From contig CP128819.1 of assembly GCA_051546255.1 (NCBI GenBank), forward strand, positions 620,001-684,000: a stretch of DNA of 64,000 bases. The letters run 5' to 3'. Numbering within the stretch: the stretch's first letter is position 1; each line of letters begins with the position of its first letter. A model generated the notes under the pieces. That model was not told the origin of the DNA and ran no database searches. It saw only the letters and a program-made list of their open reading frames with translations. The position numbers and the translations under genes are program-made. Positions 1 to 9,789 of this stretch are shown piece by piece. This DNA comes from Meyerozyma guilliermondii. Taxonomy: Eukaryota.

Positions 1-28
1 ATGTTGAAGACAATTGGTGAGACACAAC

Positions 29-2776
29 TCAAGGGAAGTGACCTTTCCTTGGTCCAAAATAACCATCTGGTGCTGATAACGTCGCATTCAATCTTCCTAT
101 TGCGACGCCGTCGTATCCCTCGTACATCACCGTGTTACCCCACCAGTTGATACTCTTGTCATGGTATTGAACAGCAAAGAAGATGATGATCCCGCTGAAC
201 GCGATTCCAGCTGCCATCCCAGCGGAAAATATGTAATTGTATTTTTCCCACCAAGCTGTTTTCCTTGTCCTTAAATACCACATGAAGATCGCCGACAAAT
301 ACAATCCGCCGGTATAGTATGAGAGGTTATAAGGAGCATAAATTATGATTCCACCGATTATCAAAGTGGGCTGGAAGTACTTGGTCAATTTTCTTGGACC
401 ATACCATTTGAAAGCGATTGCTGGAATCGTCAATAGGAACCCAATCAAGAAACAGTATTTCAAAATAGGATATAAGCCATCGAAAACTCTCTTTGGCCCA
501 ATCACACCCCAAAGCACAGATGAGGAAAAGAACGTATTGGAACCAGGACAGGTGAATTTTTCCTTGTTGAAAGGTTCGCAATAGTCTTTGATACCCGTGA
601 GCTGAAAGCTCAAAATACCCAAAAACACGAAACAGTTGATGAGAACCGACACCATTTGGCATCTGAATAATGCCCAAGGAGGAATACTAGTATAATGAGC
701 CATTTTCTGGTTCGTAATATAGTTCTCAGCCTGATTCTCAATGTTAGTCCCGAGCGCCTTGATGAACATCAAGGCAAGTCCATTACCGGGTATAGCATAA
801 CCAACAATGAGTTCCACCAAAACGTTTAAACCGAACGAGTAACCTGTTCTCGCGTAGATTGCGGCCAAAGGAATCAAGAAGACAAAATTTATAACAATAG
901 CAAAGAAGATACCCCACACCGGAGTTTCGGCAGGATAGAGCTTGACGCAAAGGATGCCCAACACAATTGATATAACCAAGACGACAAGGAAAACCCAATC
1001 CGGCACTTCTCTGTATTTCAGCATCAGGCGACTAAAGGGGTCATTATAACCGTCGTAATTGGACCGGTTCAAGTTTCGGAGAGCGTGAATAAAACCCTTC
1101 ACGGCGAACCAATTTCCTCGCCAATTGGTTGTCAACTCATAAACAAAAGCAAATGGGTAAAGTGCAAAAAAGGCACCATAGGTGACAAGATTAGCCGCAG
1201 AATAATAAGGAGGACCATACGTATTATATTTTTCCTGATCAAAGAGCCCCTTTTCGTTCAAAATTGCCTTGATGTTATATCTTTTACCCGTGTTGGTAAA
1301 GATCCTGTTCGAGTTGATAGGCAAGTACGCGGACCAGTGACTGTTCGAGTAGAAAACCGCAATGATAATGAAAAATCCCAAAAACCATCCAATCGCTTGG
1401 TTCACCACTGAGTAAAAGGGAATTGCCAATGCATTAAGATTATTCAAAACATTCCAATCAAAAGAAGGAATTGGATTCAATCCCAATCCGTTCACGGAAC
1501 CAGTAATCATCGCAAGGTTGTAATTATCAGGCTTAATCCAAGTCATCCAGTTGAAAGTTGAAAGGAATTGTGCAAGGTAATTTGGAAACCAAAAGTATAA
1601 GAACGAGGCTCCAAACGTGAAAAAGAAAAAGTTGTATTTGGAAATCGTCCAACCATTAATGATCTCTCTTGGCTCTGCAGAAGTGAGGGCCTTGTTCAAA
1701 GCAACTGTGGGCAACATTGTCGGCCATACGGCTTGAACTGGATACACCACAAATCTTCTCATCACACCTGCCAACCCAAATCCAACAAATTGAGTACTAA
1801 GTGTCAAAAGAACCTGATATCCAAATGTTGCCCATTGGTTATCATAAAAGAGTGGTGACTTTTGAACAAGAATATTCAATGCAACATACGGCGATGCACC
1901 AGAAACGGTATAGAAGAGTGTTGCAAGCATTTGCTCTTTCGAAGTCCAAGGACCGGGATTCAAATCGATTGTGTTGTTCCAAATGGTAAATTTCCAGTGA
2001 GGCAATATCAAGCTAAGCAAAACACCTGAAGGATAGATGAAAACCTGGGCAATCAGACTTCCAAAAAAGATAGAAGGGTACCGTTCTTTAAAAAATTGAT
2101 TAATAACGGAACCAATTGCGGTCCAGATTATACCAACTAGGTACACTCGAGGTGTTTCACACGCAATTGATGGGTCATCATAAGGGTCGGTAACACTTCT
2201 GACTTCAGTATAAGGTGAATGGTAGGCAATTAAACCGGCTTCAACTTTGACTTGCAAACTCCAATCGGTAATATTATGATAAAAGAGTCTGATGTCGTCA
2301 TCTTTAAGTGAGTCCTCCTGTGACGGAACCTCTACCACTAAAAGTTGTCCCAAATTTTTTTCATTGTCATCCAGAATTTGCTCCACTTTAGATTGCACAC
2401 CGAGTTTGTAGTGTGCTTGTTTGACCAACCTTTCAGCCAACTTATAATCAGAATCCAGAATGTTGACGTCGTCCTTAAAGTCATTTAGGAATTCCTTGAG
2501 AATCTCAACGGCTTCCTCCTCCGAAAGCTCTTGCATCTTTTCAATCAAGAACGTCGCCGAAGGGGGAATTTTGTCCAAATCAATTAAACCATCCATACTC
2601 ATTCTCTTAAGAATGAACAACTTTTGGTCGGTGGTGAATGTGCCTCCAACATCTTCTAGCGCAACGTCGTGCGAGAGAAGTGCGTGCAAGTTTACCTCAT
2701 GGTCGGCAGGGTCGAACCTGCTGCTGTTACTGGTAATACCAGCCAAAATATTCTTGGTATTGGGCGAAGAGGGCAT
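29..2776 (-). CDS. OPT-family oligopeptide transporter (OPT2-like), copy A
   Basis: OPT motifs HSPYTEVR, NPG(P)W-x2-KEQ, many TM segments, C-terminal DGYFGPRKGHFP. The ORF track starts at 2797, but TATAAA (minus strand, 2805-2810) lies too close to that ATG, so ATG 2776 (MPSS) is preferred. Confidence 0.95.
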   Translation of the reverse strand: MPSSPNTKNILAGITSNSSRFDPADHEVNLHALLSHDVALEDVGGTFTTDQKLFILKRMSMDGLIDLDKIPPSATFLIEKMQELSEEEAVEILKEFLNDFKDDVNILDSDYKLAERLVKQAHYKLGVQSKVEQILDDNEKNLGQLLVVEVPSQEDSLKDDDIRLFYHNITDWSLQVKVEAGLIAYHSPYTEVRSVTDPYDDPSIACETPRVYLVGIIWTAIGSVINQFFKERYPSIFFGSLIAQVFIYPSGVLLSLILPHWKFTIWNNTIDLNPGPWTSKEQMLATLFYTVSGASPYVALNILVQKSPLFYDNQWATFGYQVLLTLSTQFVGFGLAGVMRRFVVYPVQAVWPTMLPTVALNKALTSAEPREIINGWTISKYNFFFFTFGASFLYFWFPNYLAQFLSTFNWMTWIKPDNYNLAMITGSVNGLGLNPIPSFDWNVLNNLNALAIPFYSVVNQAIGWFLGFFIIIAVFYSNSHWSAYLPINSNRIFTNTGKRYNIKAILNEKGLFDQEKYNTYGPPYYSAANLVTYGAFFALYPFAFVYELTTNWRGNWFAVKGFIHALRNLNRSNYDGYNDPFSRLMLKYREVPDWVFLVVLVISIVLGILCVKLYPAETPVWGIFFAIVINFVFLIPLAAIYARTGYSFGLNVLVELIVGYAIPGNGLALMFIKALGTNIENQAENYITNQKMAHYTSIPPWALFRCQMVSVLINCFVFLGILSFQLTGIKDYCEPFNKEKFTCPGSNTFFSSSVLWGVIGPKRVFDGLYPILKYCFLIGFLLTIPAIAFKWYGPRKLTKYFQPTLIIGGIIIYAPYNLSYYTGGLYLSAIFMWYLRTRKTAWWEKYNYIFSAGMAAGIAFSGIIIFFAVQYHDKSINWWGNTVMYEGYDGVAIGRLNATLSAPDGYFGPRKGHFP

Positions 2777-2894
2777 GAGGAAACATGAAGATTTCATTGG
2801 GTCCTTTATAGATCGAACCTTGAGGTTGGCGGGATGGTGGCTTGCTTGGTGGCTCGTTGGAAGTCTTATCTCTGTGGTGCCGTACGAGTCAAAT

Positions 2895-3585
2895 CAATAT
2901 CCTTTTAAGCCTGCTGCATCTGGAACGAAGATTGGGAAACCTCATGAGTTTTGCCATAGATAAATTTAGCGAGAGAAGTCAAGCATAGCTAAAAATGGCT
3001 GAATTTGCATTGTCTTTGTCATACGAGTTGGCAATGTTTCATTTGAGTTTCAAGCTGTTGGTTTGCATTTGCACCTTGACGTTATCAGCAATTCTGCTGT
3101 TGAAGATACAGTTATTATCTGAGTCGCGCGGCATGCGGCCACTTGCAGCATCGACCCAATTCCAGTACCAGGACACATGCATTTTGTGCTACAGCAAACT
3201 GAGATGAATCTGTGGTCTCTAACAAATGAGAATTCTTTTGTTCTTATTAGCACTATTGCAAAGGCGGACATTGCAATGGTTGATTTTGGGTCCACCTGAA
3301 ATTGAAAAATTTCAACTTTGCATTTGCACCCGTCCATCAGTTTGACTTGCCGCCGTGCATGGAAGTACATGAGTTTGACATCCTTATCTTTGTGCCGCAC
3401 TCCTGTCAAAAGTTTCACTACCAAAGCTTAAACACATTATGTTTTTAGACTGACGAGTTGATGGAAAGTTGTCTAGGATATTCTGCTGAAGTAGAAGATG
3501 TTGCATTCAATCTGCTGGCCTTGACATAAGTTACTGTAGTTCCCGGCAATTGGATCTTTTAGGAAGATATGGTACGGCGAAAAAA
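2895..3585. repeat. OPT upstream/promoter block, copy 1 (diverged direct repeat of ~7832-8455)
   Basis: Shared colinear segments: AAAAATGGCTGAA, ATTTGAGTTTCAAGC, CCTTATCTTTGTGCCGCACT, CCAAAGCTTAAACACATTAT, CGAGTTGATGGAAAGTT. Confidence 0.9.
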
Positions 3586-4426
3586 TAATAAATAAGCTTA
3601 TCACACCCGAGGCCACTATTCTGCTCAAAGAGGACAGTCTTGGGCCACCTGGTCTGTAAATAATTTCCGATCGTTATTTGAGATAAAGGCTCGTATCAAT
3701 GAACCAAGCCAATTACCGCCACAAATTAGACACCTTATGAAAGTTATGAGAATCATAATTGGTCTTCATGCATCTCACTCAGGCGTGTGGGCGAGTGATA
3801 CTGGATTGCTTCTACCTTGAGTGTAAAGTCCGGTCTATGATATCATGCTCAAAAGGAAATCGATACACCCTCTTGTATATACTTTGAGCTACTAGGTGTT
3901 TTAGTCTCAACTACAGATGATTAGAAGTTTAGGGAAAGTTCCTGAGCACGAGTCTTCCACAAGGTTGTACTCGAAAACTGAAAAAATTACAAATTTATTG
4001 AAATATACAAAGTATCGCCAACGTTAAAACTGTTCTCCACTTGACATTCAACTTTTCGACTACGAAGATTGCAATGGAGGAATGTTAACAAGGTTTAACA
4101 TCTCATGCAAATTCTTCATTAGTAAAATTATTTTGGTTCCTAAGAGAATGAGGCATATTCTAGCATAGAGTATTCATCAAAAGAGAACAAGACATTTAAT
4201 TAAAAACCCGAACTTCTTTCTGCACATTTCTGATATTTCAGACTTCTGTGTTGAACTGTCGAATTCAGCGTGATTATTGTTCTTGGTAGCACAAGTAAAT
4301 CAGTTATAGGACTCAGAGAAAAAGAAGAAGTAATTACATGCTCACAAATCTCTCATCTAGTTTGATGGACCAAATGATGGCATTAAAATTATCGCTATTA
4401 CAGACGTGGTTGCACTTTCCATAAAT

Positions 4427-4470
4427 TAGCGAGCTAAAAATAAACTTGCATGTGCGCGCAGCTGTCAAAC
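4427..4470. repeat. Short diverged direct repeat, copy 1 (partner 7102-7145)
   Basis: TAGCGAGcTAAAAAT...GCAGCTGTCAAAC versus TAGCGAGtTAAAAAT...GCAGCTGTCAAAC. Confidence 0.7.
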
Positions 4471-5148
4471 GTGGCACTGTCTTGCTTCGCTTTCAATTAA
4501 GCCACTATGAGCACCTATCATGCGGAGGATGCGCAATTTTGTAGTGACCGCGACTAGCCATTCGTGGGAACAACTAATAACGACAACTGTAGCAGAGTGC
4601 ACTTGATACTTGCGCAAAAGAAGAATATGATTGGCTGTAAGTTGCACTAATAAGGGAGATTCAGATAAGTCAGATCGGCCCAATCATTTCAACCCTACAT
4701 GAAACAGTGCCGCGTACCACACGGTGTGATAATATTATTGTGACCCGCCGCACCGAAGTCAAATGCGCATATTTACGAAGTGCGATAAGGATAGCTTTCT
4801 GTAATGTTGCGACATGATAGAATTCAATATAAAGGGTTATAAACTCTGACTTTGATAGATTACACTATCCACAAAATGGCTAGGTAATCGTTTAAAACGG
4901 AATATTTTTCAAACTTTAATAAATTTTTTAAATTGTAATTATACGTAATGGCTTTGATATGATTCACTACGCCCACCTGAAATAAGCTAATGCAATAAGC
5001 GGGGCATGAAAACGCCAAGGTATAGATAAGGGATTCTTCATCAATTATATATATATGTTAACAGTCCCCTTAAACGCTAGGTGGGTTTATTCACTTAGTG
5101 TTCTCCTTAAGTAATTGTTGAACTGATCATCATCACTCCTCTTCTACA

Positions 5149-5316
5149 ATGTTTTCAAAATTGCTTCAATCAATAATTTTATTATTAGCTAGCACTAATG
5201 TTGCTATGTCCGCCGCTTGCTTCTCTCACGCTGACTGCCCCGGTGGTGCCTGCTTAGGAAGGCGCAGTGAAGGTGGTACTATTTCAATCAAAGGGACATG
5301 TGTTAACGGTGAATAA
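5149..5316 (+). CDS. Small secreted cysteine-rich peptide, 55 aa (not in ORF track)
   Basis: Hand translation MFSKLLQSIILLLASTNVAMSAACFSHADCPGGACLGRRSEGGTISIKGTCVNGE*. Signal-peptide-like N terminus (basic residue, hydrophobic core, A-M-S/A cleavage context); C-x5-C-x4-C-x15-C; A at -3; TA run at ~5046-5056. Confidence 0.75.
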   Translation: MFSKLLQSIILLLASTNVAMSAACFSHADCPGGACLGRRSEGGTISIKGTCVNGE

Positions 5317-5610
5317 CCATAGAATAACAATGATATGAAAATTCAAAAGCATAAAAAAATGTGAAAATATAAAACTCAAAAACATGGTATGAGAATACCG
5401 CAAAATACATGTTAAGTAGATAGGAATTTACTTGATAGGTATATTGATTTGGTATAAACGGGCTATTAATTGTCGTAATTATAAGTTCATAGTAGTTTGA
5501 CATTACTGTGTGCTATATTATACCTTTATGATCAAGTGATATTATTAGTGACGTTTTTTAAATTGTATACCCTCTGTATATTTAGCACTATGGAATTTGA
5601 TACTAAGATT

Positions 5611-6093
5611 TCAATTATTTTGAATATCTTTCATAAACTTATCAAAAAATTTCTCAACTCTGTAATTTGCCAGCTCAAATAGTTCTTTGAAATCTAAACT
5701 TGATGGGTCATAGATTTCATTAACAGATATGATATTGTGTTCATCAGGAGATCGCATTTCGACGTCCTCGTAATCACATAACTTATTTTTGGTAATATAT
5801 CTATTACCCAATTCTCCAAGCACCGCATATCCAGCTTGTTCAATATTACATATGACCACAATGTATCTAGTGTCACTTATTTTGAAAATACATGATTTTG
5901 TATCAAGTAAGGAAATTTCATCTTGGGATTTAATGTTGCTATTGATGGATGAAAATTTCAAGTAGGTTTCTTTCTTGCTACCAAACGTATATAGTTTTCT
6001 GTTGAAGACAGAGACGTTTGGGTGAATGTTAATGTCTTCGACTTCTGTGAAGTCATCGGCTTCAAACCAATTTTGTATATTGGTTGCGCTCAT
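5611..6093 (-). CDS. Hypothetical 160-aa acidic soluble protein in AT-rich island
   Basis: Long ATG-initiated ORF in AT-rich DNA where stops are frequent; TATAAA on minus strand at ~6132-6137; no family recognised. Confidence 0.75.
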   Translation of the reverse strand: MSATNIQNWFEADDFTEVEDINIHPNVSVFNRKLYTFGSKKETYLKFSSINSNIKSQDEISLLDTKSCIFKISDTRYIVVICNIEQAGYAVLGELGNRYITKNKLCDYEDVEMRSPDEHNIISVNEIYDPSSLDFKELFELANYRVEKFFDKFMKDIQNN

Positions 6094-6586
6094 TTGAAAT
6101 GTTGAAGCGTGGGATCATACTAACACCTTCATTTATAGCTCCCAGTATGACCCAAGTAGAGCGACACTGAGGGCTTAGGTCGGGACTGCCGAATTCTAAC
6201 CGAGCTGCATTATCCTTATCGCACTTCGTAAATATGCACATTTGACGCACGGTGCGGCTGGCCACAGCAGCCATGTGATGCACGGCACTATTTCACGAAG
6301 GAAATACCATGATGGGCCGATCCCATGCCTTGAAACGCCCCTATTATGTACCTTGCAGCCAATCATACTCTTCCTTCGTGCTAGTATGAATTGCCTTCGG
6401 CTAAAGTTGACGTTGTTGCTGGGCTTCACTCACAGCTAGTCGCGGTTCACTACAGAATTGCGCTCGCTGTGGCTTAATTGAGAGCGAAACACGACATCAT
6501 CTTGCAAATTGGATAGCGTGCCAGGATAGTGGCCTGTGGAGGCTGGGTATAAAAGCGACAATTTCCTGTTTTGAAGTTGCAAGAGA

Positions 6587-6994
6587 ATGTTCATTGATAA
6601 ATATGTTGGCAAAGCCAAAGTGATCGCGGATCGCAGTGAAAAGAAAGATCACAAGATCCTCGAAATCGTGAAGCCAAAGTTAAGGGAACTGAATCCCGGG
6701 AGTTTCACTCCCAATGATTTTAGATTGCCGGACACAGTAAATAATCATATGTTTTATCAGTACGAAATATTGGGCACAATCTACCTCTATGTGGAGAACG
6801 ACGGAATTGAACAATTGGTACTGCAATTGGATGTGCTTGATGCGCCGCTTTTGGAAGACGAAGAGGAATTTAACAATATAATTCTTGATGCGGTGGATTT
6901 CTATGTGAACAAGGAGCTTGATCTTGGAGCTGGGATGGAGATGATGCACAAGAAGAAGATCGGGTGTTTGGTCAAAGGTCTTGTTCCCCTTTAA
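6587..6994 (+). CDS. Hypothetical 135-aa protein
   Basis: ATG ORF with TATAAAAG at 6548-6555, protein-like composition and a decayed paralogue at 8758. Confidence 0.75.
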   Translation: MFIDKYVGKAKVIADRSEKKDHKILEIVKPKLRELNPGSFTPNDFRLPDTVNNHMFYQYEILGTIYLYVENDGIEQLVLQLDVLDAPLLEDEEEFNNIILDAVDFYVNKELDLGAGMEMMHKKKIGCLVKGLVPL

Positions 6995-7101
6995 TTTTCT
7001 TTATATGCTAGCTGAAAGTTTTAATATGATCTGGCAGTTTCCAAATGCTCACAATTCAGGAATTTAGCTTAGATCAATTCAAATCATGACACTTTTGACA
7101 C

Positions 7102-7145
7102 TAGCGAGTTAAAAATGGATCGCGCATGCGCTGCAGCTGTCAAAC
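7102..7145. repeat. Short diverged direct repeat, copy 2 (partner 4427-4470)
   Basis: See 4427-4470. Confidence 0.7.
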
Positions 7146-7309
7146 TAAGCGCCTCACAAAATTGGCCAAGGTAGTATGGGTATCGTTAAAGTGGTCGTCT
7201 AGCACTTGTGTAACATGTATACTTGAAAAAATTAGGCATACTGTCGCTTCTAAAGCATGGAATCAAATAAGTGAGTAAGGTTTTGATAAGGTCTAACCAG
7301 CCTTAGAGC

Positions 7310-7739
7310 TAGAAACCTCACCAGACTCATACGACATAGATATAACCGTTTTATTCACACCATTGACATTGACATGATGAGGTCAATGAATAGATATATT
7401 CATAAGAAAACAAAAACGAACTAAAAAACATCAAATCCTGCCATTGGTCCATCCTCAATAGACGAATGTATGAATTGACCAGACAGATAAACAACTTCCC
7501 CAAAAATTCATGTCTTCATTGTTGAACTATCAGGCACGGTAAGCGAATTTTGCTTTGAAAAAATTGCCAAACTTGAGATTGCCTCGAGTAATTTCATCTT
7601 CAGTTTTGACTTGCAGAGGGCGGTCGATATCAATATCCCGAACAATTTGTTTTAATCTGTCCAAGTTTGAGCTGGGTATCAAGCGGTCATCTGAGATGGG
7701 AATTGTTGAGATTTGTAATTGATCGTTCGAGCTGGGCAT
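7310..7739 (-). pseudogene. Heavily deleted OPT transporter relic
   Basis: Lies directly downstream of the duplicated OPT promoter. Starts MPSS like copy A. Colinear remnants: DRP(L)QVKTE vs DWPLQVKVE, EITR vs ETPR, a QFF-coding nucleotide run, GWT, FSSFLF vs FGSFLY. The 3' boundary is uncertain. Confidence 0.6.
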
Positions 7740-7831
7740 TGCTATCTCAATTTCCCCTAGGAAGTTTTCTCTCATATTTATAGCTGCGAGGTACGTGGTC
7801 ATATCGCATTAGGCAACATGGCATTAGAGCG

Positions 7832-8455
7832 CAATATTGGGGCGTAAGCGTGCATCAGGAAAGATGGCACTAAGGCGTAAAATCGAGTAATTTCAGCTTA
7901 AAAATGGCTGAAGTTGGTACATTGCCTTTGTAGTATGAGGCGACAAGTTATATTTGAGTTTCAAGCCGGTGATTGCATTTTCATACCATGTAAAGTCATT
8001 TTATATTTGACACATTCTTTTCGGTGCCGCACAGTATGAGGCCAATTGCAGCATCAGCCCCACACCAATGCCTTATCATATGCACTTTGGCACAGAAAAC
8101 TGATGTAAAAGAAGCTTAAAGAACTATAAAGAATTATTCGTAACTTGATCATGCAATGATTGATTAAAACTGAAATGATATTGAAAATTGAATTGCGCAT
8201 TTGACCAGAACCATCATTTGCAGTTGCATGGAATTACATAATTGACAGCCTTATCTTTGTGCCGCACTTCCTGATAAGTTTCACCACCAAAGCTTAAACA
8301 CATTATATTTTTGGTTCAAAGCACTGGCGAGTTGATGGAAAGTTATCTAATATCCTCCTGGAGCAGATAATGTAGTCTTCAATCTGCTAGCCTGACATAC
8401 CACCGTATTTCCCCAGCTATTGGACCTTTAAGGTTATTTAGGAACAGAGAAAAAC
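7832..8455. repeat. OPT upstream/promoter block, copy 2
   Basis: Colinear diverged match to ~2895-3585. Confidence 0.9.
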
Positions 8456-8757
8456 CCGACCGTGTATTACACGGCTCTTCTTCATGTGGGGCCAAATAAT
8501 AAGGGCCGATCTACTTTCTATTTCATCTCGGTATCGCCCCTGTTATTGCACTTGCAGCCAATCATGTTGTGCTGAGATCTCGGCTAGAGTTAACCTTAGG
8601 TTAGTGATTCCACGCGTGGCGCTAGTCACGGTTGACTATTCAACATGAGCCTGATAAGTGTTGTGGCATAATTGAGAACGATACCCCACATTGCCCGTCT
8701 GCTCTTATGAATGGCGAATCGCGATACCTCTAAAAGCGATAATTTGTGAAATGTAAA

Positions 8758-8895
8758 ATGTTCATTAATTTATATGTGGTCGTTGTTCGCAGTGAAAGGA
8801 AAGACCACCGCATTCTTCTTGTGAAACTTGAGCCTAGAGAGCAGAACTTGGCGAGCTGTGATAGCTGTGCCGCCGTACTTTCTCGCTTAAACTAG
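8758..8895 (+). pseudogene. Truncated paralogue of the 135-aa ORF (6587-6994)
   Basis: MFINLYVVVVRSERKDHRILLVKLEPREQN...* versus MFIDKYVGKAKVIADRSEKKDHKILEIVKPKLRELN; upstream ~8460-8757 aligns with ~6270-6586 (CTTGCAGCCAATCAT, GGGCCGATC, TAAAAGCGA); TATA eroded to CTCTAAAAG. Confidence 0.75.
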
Positions 8896-9789
8896 CCTCT
8901 CATGCAGGTGTCAATGCGGGGAGAATAAATCGAGAAGCCGCGCAATCGCGAATGTCTAGATAGAGTCAACTTGCCGAAGTGGAGATGATAATGAAATGCA
9001 TATGAAAAGAGCCTCTTTTATTGCAAGGTCCTATTTTGATATCTTTGTACCATTATACCAGCATGATCGTAAATTACAACACCACAGATATATCTTGCAT
9101 TCGAATGATATTACCATCAAAATGACGTTCGGACTTCTTGAGCAAAATGTCAACATTTTAAATAATTTGCGGCAATTATGGAAATCTCATTTTAATGCTA
9201 CTATTCTGGTGACCCCCGTCTAGAGCTGAGAAGTGATAATTACCACTTAGACGTCAATTACTGTTGTCACTAATTGCACTAGTTTTGGCTTATCATACGT
9301 CTCATATATACATAAGTGCGGCGGTGACTCTCGCAGGAACAATTGCGTACTTAGAAGTCATCAGCTTGAAAGTGAACCACAAAGGAAATGTTCTGACCTG
9401 CCAACTCGTCCTATGATTATCTAGATATTTGTAAAAAGATTGAGAAAAAACTGTCAAAAATCAAATTCACAAGACGGAAAGAACTTTCGTGGCTTCAAAG
9501 AACCCCTCCGAAGTCCGTGCTACTATACTAATGTGTACGAAGCTCGATTATGTCTGGATTTTGCAACCATGGTCCTGCGTATAATTTACTAGTCCTGCAG
9601 ATTACATCGAACATTTATCTTAGGATGGCTGCAATTTGCCACGAGAATTTTAATAAAAACACTACTCCCTAATAATTTTAAATTATACATCAAATCACAA
9701 TCTACACACTTCACAAAAGTCAGGCAAGCCTCGCCTAATTATTTTCCTTCTTTTAAATCAGTTTAACTGCAAAATTAGGATGGCAAAAA

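Noticed and set aside
2995..3424. ORFs 2995-3207 (+) and 3050-3424 (-)
   Set aside because: They lie in the duplicated promoter block and no equivalent frames are kept in the second copy.
3600..4350. Possible third decayed copy of the 135-aa gene
   Set aside because: The position fits, but I could not recover a convincing alignment in any frame.
4875..5100. Upstream ATG/intron extending the Cys-rich peptide gene
   Set aside because: Donor-like GTAATC/GTATAG and the branch sites are non-consensus, and the 5149 ORF is complete without them.
5303..5682. Short hydrophobic ORFs 5303-5503 and 5497-5682
   Set aside because: Composition reflects AT-rich 3' regions, and they overlap the two convergent genes.
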